DNA from: a virus
Length of the DNA: 64,000 bases
IMG/VR virus record: IMGVR_UViG_3300044701_003269
Coordinates: 64,001-128,000 of that record
Strand: one strand, 5' to 3'
The notes under the pieces were generated by a model. The model saw only the letters and a list, made by a program, of their open reading frames with translations. It did no database searches and was not told the DNA's origin. A program made the translations under genes and the position numbers. Shown piece after piece: positions 50,266 through 58,942 of the stretch (the first letter of the stretch is position 1; each line of letters opens with the position of its first letter).

Positions 50266-50760
50266 ATGAAAACAGTAGAAAGACACAAATACGATAAGAA
50301 TACCATCGTAAAGACAAGAAGATTAATTTTTAATCCTTATGAATATACTGAAAAGAATATGTGTCTTGTTGTGGGGTTGGTTCGTAGGAACTTAACCCCA
50401 GATTTGTTGAAAGGTAGAAAGAAACTGATGTATCCTGATGATGTAAAGACTAATCCCTGTTACGGTCATTGCTATCATTCCAGTCAAGCATTATTTTATC
50501 TTATGAATACAGACCAGTTAGTTCCAATGAGTGCAGAAGACTACAGAGGAGAAAAGCACTGGTGGTTACAGAATGGTGAAAAGATTTATGATGTAACTGC
50601 AGAGCAATATTATACTGTAGGGAAACTACCTCCTTATGCTTCTGGTAAGAAAACGGCATGGTATGGATGGAAAGGAAGACCACAACAGATTTCATTAGAT
50701 TTGATGGTTAGAGTACTTGGTGAGCGATTAGTGAGTGATGAGACATTCAAGGTCAATTAA
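50266..50760 (+). CDS. hypothetical protein, possible Cys-His-Asp (transglutaminase-like) fold
   Basis: GHCY..HWWL..YDVT. Confidence 0.65.
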   Translation: MKTVERHKYDKNTIVKTRRLIFNPYEYTEKNMCLVVGLVRRNLTPDLLKGRKKLMYPDDVKTNPCYGHCYHSSQALFYLMNTDQLVPMSAEDYRGEKHWWLQNGEKIYDVTAEQYYTVGKLPPYASGKKTAWYGWKGRPQQISLDLMVRVLGERLVSDETFKVN

Positions 50761-50795
50761 AGTTACTTAGCTCTAAAGTGGATCTATAGTGTGAG
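50755..50795 (+). repeat. 41-bp promoter-like repeat, copy 1
   Basis: 38/41 identical to 62241..62281; contains TATAGT. Confidence 0.85.
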
Positions 50796-50832
50796 GGACA
50801 AACGGTTCATACCACTTCCTTCACTGCCACAC

Positions 50833-50861
50833 TTGACAATGCTCTTCTGCTTTGTTATAGT
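50833..50861 (+). promoter_or_regulatory. sigma70-type early promoter
   Basis: TTGACA-N17-TATAGT with extended TG. Confidence 0.8.
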
Positions 50862-50933
50862 AATCACGTTGGAAATTTCCAACACAATGGTTCCGCTGCC
50901 TTAAAGCGTGTTCTTTACTTACAATTGTCAATC

Positions 50934-52145
50934 ATGACCACCGTTTCATATTCCGACAACCAGGTCGGTTCTTTTGCGCAAAAAATCCTTGGAATTAAAC
51001 TTCTAGAGGATTCTAAATTTGCGAAACTTCGTAATATGGTTGAGGATAATCTTGACCAAGTTGAGGTCATTTATCCTGAAGGAGAATGTTCTCTCGATGT
51101 TGAAAATTTTGTTGAAAAACAAAAAAATCAAACTAATGAAAAACAAACCTATTCTGTTTCAGTTCCTGTAAATCTTATTGAATATGCTCAAGGACAAATT
51201 CGTTTAATTCAACCTAGTTTTTGTGAAGAAAATTTCACAAACTATAAATTTAAAGTAAATTTCCAGGAGTCAGAAACTCCGGTGTTTATCTTTAATGAAA
51301 AAACTGGAAGGTTTCAAGTTACTAAAAAACAACATACTACAATGCAAGCTTTGGCAATTGCATCTGCAGTAAATCCTAACATGACGATTAGGGGTCGTGT
51401 TGTTGCTTTTAACTCAGATGTTAATCAAGAAGTCCGCGATCTTGAAGCATCTAATATTTTTTACCGAGAGGTAAAATCTATCAATACCACAAAAGATTGG
51501 GAAAAACTTGAGCACCGCTGTCAACTTCATGAAGAAAGTGCTCTTCGTACTCGCTCCTTTTATCTGAGTATTCCTGGACTTACTTGGCAACCAGTTTCTC
51601 ACGCTTATCCATTGGTGCAAAATTCTAAATGCACCATCACAAAAGTTCGTGAAATGGAACGCCTTGTTGGATGGGCTATTAACGATGACCGTCTAGATGT
51701 TCTGAAGGAGATTGTTGAATCTCTTTCCACAGAAATCAATTGGGACAAAGAATCAGAATCTAAAGAAATTTCTTCATATCTTGTCAAAGCACTTTATAAT
51801 TTTGATAAGATTATGGTTCCAATCTATGAAGAAAAAACTGGTGAAACTTTCGATACAATTGAATTTATTCGCTGGTACTTTAAGAACAAAGTCCGTAAAC
51901 AATCCATGGTGATTGGTAGCACTAAAGATACTAAAGGTGCCTGGCTTCAAGTTCTTCAAGTGTGCAATCGTGTTAACAACTACATGACGAGTGAAGGTTT
52001 CGTTGAAGAAGCTTTCTTCACTTCAAAGAACAAATCTTTTGTTCAGTCTGTAATTAACCTCTGCAATGCAAATCGTAAAAAGGGAAACTTGACTCCAGAA
52101 AAAGAAATCAAAGGTCAAATTACCGCTCGCTGCGATAGTTTCTAA
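50934..52145 (+). CDS. hypothetical protein, 403 aa, possibly ParB-like
   Basis: Long ORF; FQVTKKQHTT resembles the ParB-like DGQHT motif. Confidence 0.75.
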   Translation: MTTVSYSDNQVGSFAQKILGIKLLEDSKFAKLRNMVEDNLDQVEVIYPEGECSLDVENFVEKQKNQTNEKQTYSVSVPVNLIEYAQGQIRLIQPSFCEENFTNYKFKVNFQESETPVFIFNEKTGRFQVTKKQHTTMQALAIASAVNPNMTIRGRVVAFNSDVNQEVRDLEASNIFYREVKSINTTKDWEKLEHRCQLHEESALRTRSFYLSIPGLTWQPVSHAYPLVQNSKCTITKVREMERLVGWAINDDRLDVLKEIVESLSTEINWDKESESKEISSYLVKALYNFDKIMVPIYEEKTGETFDTIEFIRWYFKNKVRKQSMVIGSTKDTKGAWLQVLQVCNRVNNYMTSEGFVEEAFFTSKNKSFVQSVINLCNANRKKGNLTPEKEIKGQITARCDSF

Positions 52146-52146
52146 T

Positions 52147-52201
52147 CCAGTAACCACACTGTCACAAGGGGTCGCTACTGACCCCTTTTTTGTTCTATAA
52201 T
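52147..52201 (+). promoter_or_regulatory. early promoter element with terminator-like hairpin
   Basis: CAGT-N6-ACTGTCACA, AAGGGGTC/GACCCCTT, TATAAT. Confidence 0.75.
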
Positions 52202-52222
52202 ACCTTCAGTTCTTAAAACACC

Positions 52223-52429
52223 ATGCCTACTAAGGTCAAAAAACAACTCATCAATGTTGCACCCAAGAGTTCGAAAGCGAAGAACCGCTTTTCAAATCTG
52301 ATGGATAGACTTCACGCAATGGAAGTAGAGCAAGAGAATGAAACACAATTGTTTGTAGTTTCTATTAACCACCAATACTGCTTTTGGTTGAATAAGGAAA
52401 ATGACCCACATTGGAACATTATTAAATAG
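52223..52429 (+). CDS. hypothetical protein, 68 aa
   Basis: ORF directly after a promoter. Confidence 0.75.
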   Translation: MPTKVKKQLINVAPKSSKAKNRFSNLMDRLHAMEVEQENETQLFVVSINHQYCFWLNKENDPHWNIIK

Positions 52430-52446
52430 CTGTTAGTTGGAAAGTT

Positions 52447-52632
52447 ATGGTTGCCTTACTTGCTACAACTGTAATCAGCTGCTCTGATGCTTTTAGGATT
52501 ATTAATCGCATTGGAAATGTAATCGGACTTTCATATCAACAAAAGATAGAAGTCGTTAAAGTAGTCAGCCAGCACGTTCCTTCCTGTCCTCTGAAAATTA
52601 TTTCTGATGAAAGACCAAAATCCAGTGATTGA
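52447..52632 (+). CDS. hypothetical protein, 61 aa
   Basis: ORF in a tightly packed run. Confidence 0.65.
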   Translation: MVALLATTVISCSDAFRIINRIGNVIGLSYQQKIEVVKVVSQHVPSCPLKIISDERPKSSD

Positions 52633-52801
52633 TGAAGAATCCAAAGACATAAAGTGGAATCGTGGGTTAGATTTGTTTATTGAATCAGTGCATAAACCTG
52701 ATAGTGAGTTGCGACAGTGTGCTCACAATCAAAAATGCTACAATGAGTTAATGGAAGTGCGTGCTACTGTGCTAGAATATCTAAAAACAATAAGAAGATG
52801 A
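52607..52801 (+). CDS. hypothetical protein, 64 aa
   Basis: ORF in a tightly packed run. Confidence 0.7.
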   Translation: MKDQNPVIDEESKDIKWNRGLDLFIESVHKPDSELRQCAHNQKCYNELMEVRATVLEYLKTIRR

Positions 52802-53034
52802 CAGCACAATACATCTATCTCATCATCTTCTTTTGTGTTGGATATTTAATCGTTACAGATCAAAGTGTTGCAAGAGCAGTTGTATTTGTAACTCAAATCC
52901 TTAAGAATAAGTTTCTGGTGTTTAAGTGGTGGTTCATTCATAATCCCCGTCTTCCTTGGGCAAAGTATTCAATGTATAGAAACTCTATGAAGATGGCAGA
53001 GGATCTAATGAAAGAACTTGAGGGCAGACAATAA
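52798..53034 (+). CDS. hypothetical membrane protein, 78 aa
   Basis: ATGA overlap; hydrophobic N-terminus. Confidence 0.7.
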   Translation: MTAQYIYLIIFFCVGYLIVTDQSVARAVVFVTQILKNKFLVFKWWFIHNPRLPWAKYSMYRNSMKMAEDLMKELEGRQ

Positions 53035-53079
53035 ACTGTCACACGACCCATTGATTTTTCTGTCAATGGGTCTTATAGT
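53023..53079 (+). promoter_or_regulatory. early promoter element
   Basis: GGCAGA-N6-ACTGTCACA, hairpin GACCCATTGA/TCAATGGGTC, TTGATT-N17-TATAGT. Confidence 0.75.
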
Positions 53080-53103
53080 ATAAACATTGAAACACCTTTG
53101 AAA

Positions 53104-53529
53104 ATGTCTTATTCTGCCGAGGTCAAATTTTCTTTTGACGCCACATTCACGCCCTCTTATAGTTCTTCATTCTCTGATGATGACTTTATCCCAGAAGAAC
53201 ACTATTTGATTACTGCTCCTGCTGCAGATTTGAATGCAAAGCAGTATTTCAAACTGTTTGAGAAGTTTCTGCTGTGTGTTGGTATGAACCCTGCAAGTAT
53301 TCGTAGTGGTGCTATGTCTCTGGTGTTTAATGAATGGGTTATTGAAGAAGAACAGCGTAAGGTCTGTGAGGAATATGAACTGACAATGAATGAAGACCTC
53401 CACAATAGGTTCATTGAGTGGAAGAAGAATGAAGAAGAACTTGCAGAAAAGATTGCAAACTCTGTGATTGGTGCAATGGGAACTGTACTGTCTGAAGAAG
53501 AACTAACCAACTTGGAGGAAGGTAAGTGA
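53104..53529 (+). CDS. hypothetical protein, 141 aa
   Basis: First ATG after the promoter. Confidence 0.75.
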   Translation: MSYSAEVKFSFDATFTPSYSSSFSDDDFIPEEHYLITAPAADLNAKQYFKLFEKFLLCVGMNPASIRSGAMSLVFNEWVIEEEQRKVCEEYELTMNEDLHNRFIEWKKNEEELAEKIANSVIGAMGTVLSEEELTNLEEGK

Positions 53530-53723
53530 GTGATAGGTCGCAAGAGTTTATGAGTTTCGTATGGGACCAACGAAACAATCAAGGTGCTGATACTGAAGAA
53601 AAACTGGTCGCAGCTATTCTTTCCATTGCTGCCGAATATGTAGTCTCATACAACGCACAGGATGGAAGAGTTGTATTGGATAAAAATGACTTATTGCAAC
53701 TTGCTGAGGAACTAAAGCAATGA
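53526..53723 (+). CDS. hypothetical protein, 65 aa
   Basis: GTGA overlap. Confidence 0.7.
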   Translation: MSDRSQEFMSFVWDQRNNQGADTEEKLVAAILSIAAEYVVSYNAQDGRVVLDKNDLLQLAEELKQ

Positions 53724-53992
53724 AACTGATTTCTTTTAAACACCGTGAAGATTACGGGCACGAATGGTACGTTCAAGTTCTTCATAACAAATACTGGGCG
53801 CTTCTTCAAGCATCCGTTTCTTATAATGATTTTCCGTCGTGGCCCTATATCCAAATAAAATCGGGGATGGGGTCGTTATTAAGTCTTATGGTCTGTGTTT
53901 ATAAACTGGGATTTGATATTGGTATCTGTGAGCACACTTGGAACTTTGAATACCTTAATGAACTTGATGGTGAGGAAGATGAAAAAACTTGA
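53720..53992 (+). CDS. hypothetical protein, 90 aa
   Basis: ATGA overlap. Confidence 0.7.
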   Translation: MKLISFKHREDYGHEWYVQVLHNKYWALLQASVSYNDFPSWPYIQIKSGMGSLLSLMVCVYKLGFDIGICEHTWNFEYLNELDGEEDEKT

Positions 53993-54227
53993 ATTTCGTC
54001 CAGTCACAATCACTTATGTGAGGACTATGATGTTCACACCAACAGCAGAAACATTTGAAGACTGGGATGTAGAACCAACACAAGAGAGTGTTTATGACTG
54101 GGCAGTAGAAGAGTTTCTCACTACAATAGAAGAAGAAGCAAAGGATGGTGAGTGGAGAAACTTTACCATTATTACAGAAGACCAACCACCAGTAGAAGTT
54201 GAATGGGGTGAAGAAGATTATGACTGA
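53979..54227 (+). CDS. hypothetical acidic protein, 82 aa
   Basis: In-frame ATG with GAGG RBS. Confidence 0.7.
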   Translation: MKKLEFRPVTITYVRTMMFTPTAETFEDWDVEPTQESVYDWAVEEFLTTIEEEAKDGEWRNFTIITEDQPPVEVEWGEEDYD

Positions 54228-54438
54228 ACGAGCACAAAAAATCTGGGATACTTACATCAACGGATATTCTGAAGCACTAATGACCCCTGTGGAGAATTTT
54301 TCTACTTATTTGGATAATGATAGTAGAAAGATTATTGCTTCTGTTCTCCGTGAAGTCATCAACCAACTCCAACAAAGCCCTGGTGTGATTATGTGTGCTG
54401 ATGTGTTAGAATTGTGTGAGGAGATTGAAAACTTATGA
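54220..54438 (+). CDS. hypothetical protein, 72 aa
   Basis: In-frame ATG, overlapping the previous stop. Confidence 0.7.
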   Translation: MTERAQKIWDTYINGYSEALMTPVENFSTYLDNDSRKIIASVLREVINQLQQSPGVIMCADVLELCEEIENL

Positions 54439-54725
54439 ACTCCAACATCAAAGACAATCTATTCCAAATTCAAGAGGTTGCTAACAAAGCCCTGGAACTT
54501 CATAAGAACTCCACAGAACGATTTGGTGGTGTAAATTATGCTAACCTACGAGTGGTGGATGTATGGGTGAAGTATAGTATTCACGAAGAGGATTTGGAGT
54601 ATGGTGTGCTGATTGAAGAGTGCTCACCAACTGCTTATGATTTACAGGATTATATGTTAGAATACTTGAAAGATAATCTACCTAATAATTTGGGGTGGAG
54701 CATTTATGTGGAGTTGGATTGGTAA
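54435..54725 (+). CDS. hypothetical protein, 96 aa
   Basis: ATGA overlap. Confidence 0.7.
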   Translation: MNSNIKDNLFQIQEVANKALELHKNSTERFGGVNYANLRVVDVWVKYSIHEEDLEYGVLIEECSPTAYDLQDYMLEYLKDNLPNNLGWSIYVELDW

Positions 54726-54889
54726 TGACTAAAACACAATCAGCATTAGAACGAGTTATTATTGAACTTGATAGTTGGTGTGATAATTGGACTCCCACAT
54801 CTTATAATGACCCTCGCATTAGTTTGAGACAGATTGCTGACCGTGCCCGTAATGTTTTAGAACAGGAGAAAACGAATGAAAGCTGCTAA
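54725..54889 (+). CDS. hypothetical protein, 54 aa
   Basis: TAATG coupling. Confidence 0.65.
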   Translation: MTKTQSALERVIIELDSWCDNWTPTSYNDPRISLRQIADRARNVLEQEKTNESC

Positions 54890-55043
54890 TGTTATCTTTT
54901 ACACTTTGGTGGGTGTTTGTGTAATGGGAATGATTTATAGTAATTCAAAACCAGACAAAACACCACAACATACTTCCACAGTTTCTGGTTCCTCTGGAGA
55001 ACTTAACTGTGGTACATCTTGCACCACTAAAAATGACCCTTGA
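54876..55043 (+). CDS. small membrane-anchored protein, 55 aa
   Basis: MKAANVIFYTLVGVCVMG..; AGGAG RBS; read by hand. Confidence 0.6.
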   Translation: MKAANVIFYTLVGVCVMGMIYSNSKPDKTPQHTSTVSGSSGELNCGTSCTTKNDP

Positions 55044-55299
55044 AGAAATCCTAGAAGAATACGGACAGGAAGTATTAGATACTTACTACGAACTCTTCCC
55101 AGATAAAAACCTATCAAAGTTCCCTGACCGTTTCTGTGGCCCTGTTGGTGATTATGCTGACTTTGTGTTAGACTGTTATCATTCAACTGGTAGTGATGAG
55201 TTAGAAAGTATTGAAGACTTTGAGAACGGAGTCTTTCAAGAGTATTACTATTACTGCCACAATACCAACACTGGATTTGTATTTTATAATGAACGATGA
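55033..55299 (+). CDS. hypothetical acidic protein, 88 aa
   Basis: In-frame ATG of track ORF 55009. Confidence 0.7.
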   Translation: MTLEEILEEYGQEVLDTYYELFPDKNLSKFPDRFCGPVGDYADFVLDCYHSTGSDELESIEDFENGVFQEYYYYCHNTNTGFVFYNER

Positions 55300-55481
55300 C
55301 TGAACGCAACTTTACCAAAGAACTCTTATACACATATTATAATGATATGGAAGGTGGAGATGATGTTGAGAGTATTGACTATCGTTCTCTAATTCACATT
55401 ATCACTGAACTTTGTGATAGAATAGAGCAGTTGGAGAAGGACAATGAACTACGGAAATCTTATGATTGGAGAGGGGTATGA
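55296..55481 (+). CDS. hypothetical protein, 61 aa
   Basis: ATGA overlap. Confidence 0.7.
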   Translation: MTERNFTKELLYTYYNDMEGGDDVESIDYRSLIHIITELCDRIEQLEKDNELRKSYDWRGV

Positions 55482-55717
55482 CTGAAGAAGATAAGTATGC
55501 TCTCAAAGAGTTATTCCGTGGTTTTGGTGTATTTGCTGGTGCCTCTGCTGTCTTTATCGTTATTATTCTTGTGCTTTCTTACTTTGCCTCAGGTGGTGAG
55601 CCATTGAAACCATCTTTTGAAGTAGTTGATGAATACAAAGGATGTGATGTAGTAAGATATGCTCCACATCAGGCAGCAGAGTACAAGTATTTCCTCTATT
55701 GTGAGAAGAATAAATGA
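55478..55717 (+). CDS. hypothetical membrane protein, 79 aa
   Basis: Transmembrane segment; FEVVDEYKGCDVVRY. Confidence 0.7.
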   Translation: MTEEDKYALKELFRGFGVFAGASAVFIVIILVLSYFASGGEPLKPSFEVVDEYKGCDVVRYAPHQAAEYKYFLYCEKNK

Positions 55718-56358
55718 ATGAAGATATGCCTTGGGTCAATCTCACTCAAGAAGAAATAAAAGAACTTCGTAACAAAAAACACGAACTCACTGAATACGGC
55801 AAACAGAGATTGAAAGATCTTATGAATAATGACTTAACCTTTAAAACTAATGGGAAAGAAACATTCAGTATTCCTTCTCAAACTCTTGGAAATCTTACTC
55901 TTGGAACCAAAACACCTGAAACTAAACTTGAAGTAAAGGAAATGAGCCACGAAGAGATGTTAGAAGAGGCAGCACGAAGAGAAGCAGAAAATAAGGCACT
56001 TGCTGCTCTCGATGAACTCTATGAGAAGCACGGTGATGCTATGCTGAAACTTGCTGAGATTGAGAAGGAAGAATGGGAACGCAAAGAACGCAGTGACACT
56101 GTGCTGCGACGGTATAATCACTTCTACAATGAAGAATGTTCTGGTCTTCCTCACGGCACACCAATAACCCCAGAACATATGCAAGCAATGGCACTTGAAT
56201 GTATGATTGATGCTCTCCTTTGTGAGAATATGAATGTAGAGTATAATGCTATTGCTATTGATGATATTAAGGATTTGATTGCACGATTATATCAACAGAG
56301 TAATGAGTTTCTAAAGAGAGTACAAGAATTCAAAGATAGTGCTGATGGAGTAGCATAA
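55714..56358 (+). CDS. hypothetical protein, 214 aa
   Basis: ATGA overlap; long ORF. Confidence 0.75.
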   Translation: MNEDMPWVNLTQEEIKELRNKKHELTEYGKQRLKDLMNNDLTFKTNGKETFSIPSQTLGNLTLGTKTPETKLEVKEMSHEEMLEEAARREAENKALAALDELYEKHGDAMLKLAEIEKEEWERKERSDTVLRRYNHFYNEECSGLPHGTPITPEHMQAMALECMIDALLCENMNVEYNAIAIDDIKDLIARLYQQSNEFLKRVQEFKDSADGVA

Positions 56359-56513
56359 TGGACCTCACATTTAGACAACACATTTTGTTATTATCTGCAA
56401 TCACGGTATTTTATGATGAGGTTGCAAAGACTGATAATTCTGAAATGAAACACGAAATTATGGAACTTGCTGATATTATCCAAGAGTCCGCAGAGAAGAT
56501 GAAAAATGCCTGA
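56358..56513 (+). CDS. hypothetical protein, 51 aa
   Basis: TAATG coupling, GGAG RBS; read by hand. Confidence 0.6.
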   Translation: MDLTFRQHILLLSAITVFYDEVAKTDNSEMKHEIMELADIIQESAEKMKNA

Positions 56514-56778
56514 AATAGACATATCAAAAGTTCTTATAGAAGGTGATACTGCAACCATTATGGGTGTAGAATATAAAAGAATGGAGAACAAAATGAGTCG
56601 CTTCACTGAAAATCCTGATGAGATTGTGTTGAAGAATATTGATCTATTTCACCTGGAAAGTATGAATGAAAGAACACTATGGATTGGTGTATATGGTAAG
56701 GATGGTAAAATCTATCACTTAAACATTTCTGCAGATGGTGATAAACTAAAATACTATTGGAGTCAAGAGGCACCATAA
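56506..56778 (+). CDS. hypothetical protein, 90 aa
   Basis: ORF in a packed run. Confidence 0.65.
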   Translation: MPEIDISKVLIEGDTATIMGVEYKRMENKMSRFTENPDEIVLKNIDLFHLESMNERTLWIGVYGKDGKIYHLNISADGDKLKYYWSQEAP

Positions 56779-56785
56779 ATAACAA

Positions 56786-56837
56786 TACCTGTAAGTCGCA
56801 TTATAGGTGGAAAAGGTGCTTTCGGGCACCTTTTCTT
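56786..56837 (+). ncRNA. candidate ~50-nt small RNA antisense to the endonuclease 5' leader
   Basis: Late promoter ATAAATA 56775-56781; hairpin ACCTGTAA-GTCGCA-TTATAGGT; terminator GAAAAGGTGC-TTTCGG-GCACCTTTTC. Confidence 0.5.
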
Positions 56838-56838
56838 A

Positions 56839-56846
56839 TATAAATA
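56839..56846 (+). promoter_or_regulatory. T4 late promoter TATAAATA
   Basis: Exact consensus, 25 nt upstream of the endonuclease ATG. Confidence 0.85.
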
Positions 56847-56871
56847 GTATTGCGACTTACAGAGTAGAACT

Positions 56872-57489
56872 ATGACTTCACAAAGTCCAAGAATATACAC
56901 ATATAAGATTACCTTTGAAGAAGTTCCTTACTATTACTATGGAGTTCATAAGGAAAAAAAGTTTGATGAGGAGTATTGGGGAACACCAGTAACAAATAAA
57001 TGGTGTTGGGAACTTTATACACCAAAGAAACAAATATTGGAAGTGTTTGATTATACTGATAATGGATGGGTGGAAGCAAATAGAATTGAAAAAATAATAA
57101 TCAAACAATTTTATAATACAGATAGATGGTGTTTGAATGAAAGTTGTGGTGGGGATATTTCGTTAGATATAAGAAGAAAAACTGGTAAAATAATCGGTAA
57201 AATGGTAGGCAAGAAAAATGCTAAAAGAAACAAAGAACTTGGTGTTGCTATTTTTTCACTCACACCAGAACAATTGAGTGAAAATGGTAAAAAAGGAGCA
57301 GCAAAAGTAAAAGAACTTGGTCTTGGGATATTTGGAATGACTATGGAGCAAAAATTAAATGCCGCAAAAACTACAAACTCTCAAAGGTGGATGTGTGTTG
57401 AAACTGGTTTTATTACATCTTCTGGACCACTTACCAGATATCAACAAAAAAGAAATATAGACACTTCTAAACGAGTTAGAATATCATAA
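56872..57489 (+). CDS. free-standing GIY-YIG-like (Seg-type) homing endonuclease
   Basis: RIYTYKIT..YYYGVH..YWGTP..E..I..CLNE nuclease-like domain and basic repeated C-terminal region; late promoter inside an early region. Confidence 0.7.
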   Translation: MTSQSPRIYTYKITFEEVPYYYYGVHKEKKFDEEYWGTPVTNKWCWELYTPKKQILEVFDYTDNGWVEANRIEKIIIKQFYNTDRWCLNESCGGDISLDIRRKTGKIIGKMVGKKNAKRNKELGVAIFSLTPEQLSENGKKGAAKVKELGLGIFGMTMEQKLNAAKTTNSQRWMCVETGFITSSGPLTRYQQKRNIDTSKRVRIS

Positions 57490-57490
57490 G

Positions 57491-57547
57491 GACACTTGAA
57501 GAACTGGCATAAAGGCACTTTACAGGTGCCCTTTTTGATGATATTAT
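57491..57547 (+). promoter_or_regulatory. early promoter element
   Basis: GACACT-N6-ACTGGC, hairpin GGCAC/GTGCC, TTTACA-N17-TATTAT. Confidence 0.7.
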
Positions 57548-57569
57548 ACTTTTATAAGCAACCAAACTG

Positions 57570-57743
57570 ATGAACTACCTTTGTCTTGTTGATGGTCTTG
57601 TTGAGTATAGTAGCACCAGTTTGACTGATTTTGCTCATTACCAACTGATGTATGCCGAAGAACATCGTGATGCTAATGTAGAGTATCTTACTCTGACCGA
57701 TGAAGAGTTTGATGCTTTGTTCCCTGTGGAGGATGAAGAGTGA
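57570..57743 (+). CDS. hypothetical acidic protein, 57 aa
   Basis: MNYLCLVDGLVEY..; read by hand after the promoter. Confidence 0.7.
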   Translation: MNYLCLVDGLVEYSSTSLTDFAHYQLMYAEEHRDANVEYLTLTDEEFDALFPVEDEE

Positions 57744-58078
57744 GACTTGAAGAACCAACAAAATGGGAATATTTCCTTGATGGTTTCCGCAACATTCTGT
57801 GTATTATTGATTGTTATAATGACGGTGATGAATGGGGTTATGATGAGTTCTGGGAAAGTTTAAGTATTGGTTGGTATAGAGAATATATCTTTCCTTATGA
57901 TGACCCATACAATCTAACTATCAGCCCAGAACGTAAGTTGAGATTAGCACAAGAACTACCAACATTTTATGTTTCAGAAGAAGCATATGATGAACTGATA
58001 GAAGCAATTAATAGTCCTCCAAAACCATCACAGGGACTGATTAACCTTATGAACCGTAAAGTACCTTGGGAAGAATGA
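57740..58078 (+). CDS. hypothetical protein, 112 aa
   Basis: GTGA overlap. Confidence 0.7.
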   Translation: MRLEEPTKWEYFLDGFRNILCIIDCYNDGDEWGYDEFWESLSIGWYREYIFPYDDPYNLTISPERKLRLAQELPTFYVSEEAYDELIEAINSPPKPSQGLINLMNRKVPWEE

Positions 58079-58248
58079 CTGATAAATCTAAAATGTTCTA
58101 CAACATTTGGTGTTGTGCTTATAACCGACGAACACTATATAAAGGAACTGCAAGAGAACACAGAGAACACGAAACCGTGAGAATGTGTTTAGATATGAAA
58201 GACGTGAAGTTCTATCAGTTTGATACAGAAAGACCGCACTACATCTAA
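58075..58248 (+). CDS. hypothetical protein, 57 aa
   Basis: ATGA overlap; resembles 60144..60311 (W.CA..R..LY......REH). Confidence 0.65.
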   Translation: MTDKSKMFYNIWCCAYNRRTLYKGTAREHREHETVRMCLDMKDVKFYQFDTERPHYI

Positions 58249-58547
58249 TGACCTGGCCTCAATACATCTTCCAACACCTTATACCAACTTGGTTCTTTTC
58301 CTTTAAGCATAACTTTAGGATTTGGAGTGACTTGATGACTTCAAATTATGAGAGTTATGCACTAATGCGAGAAGATGACCCAGAGGAAGAATGTAAAGAA
58401 TGGTTCTGGACTTCTCTGAATGAAGACGACACATATTCAAAAGATTTTCTTGAGTATCTACAGCAAATGGTAGATGATATTGAAAGTGGAAAGGTTAAGA
58501 CTTATACTTTAGATGAGATAAGTGACCTTTTTAAGGAGGAAGACTGA
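58248..58547 (+). CDS. hypothetical protein, 99 aa
   Basis: TAATG coupling. Confidence 0.7.
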   Translation: MTWPQYIFQHLIPTWFFSFKHNFRIWSDLMTSNYESYALMREDDPEEECKEWFWTSLNEDDTYSKDFLEYLQQMVDDIESGKVKTYTLDEISDLFKEED

Positions 58548-58942
58548 TGGGAATGTATGATACTATCCGTTCTTCATATGACTTGGGAGAACAATTTACA
58601 AATGTAGAGTTACAAACAAAGGATATTGAAGAATGTTATGGTGGCACAATGACTGACTACTGGATAGACCCAGCAGGTTATTTGTGGTGCGGTGATTATA
58701 CTAACACTGCTGCTATGGAAATCTATGAGGAAGGACACCCAAAGTATAATGCTGATAAGTCGTGGTTGAACTTTGAGTGGATACCTACAGGAATTCACGG
58801 TAAGTATAGAGTTCATCCAATTACAAAATACGTAGAGATTTACGCTGCTAAATGGGACGGTGAATGGGCTGACTGGCCCCGTTGCAGAATCCACTTCAAG
58901 TATGGTAGAGTGGTTGAGCACGAACATCTCCCCAGAAATTGA
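58547..58942 (+). CDS. hypothetical phage protein (MGMYD..QTKD type), 131 aa
   Basis: TGATG coupling, AAGGAGG RBS. Confidence 0.75.
   Translation: MGMYDTIRSSYDLGEQFTNVELQTKDIEECYGGTMTDYWIDPAGYLWCGDYTNTAAMEIYEEGHPKYNADKSWLNFEWIPTGIHGKYRVHPITKYVEIYAAKWDGEWADWPRCRIHFKYGRVVEHEHLPRN

Noticed and set aside
50791-50832. Yfr1-like sRNA
   Set aside because: ACTTCCTTCAC does not match the ACUCCUCACAC motif and no terminator hairpin follows
56872-57489. Endonuclease as collaborative-homing partner of the tRNA intron
   Set aside because: It lies 56 kb away; free-standing homing endonucleases normally cut near their own locus
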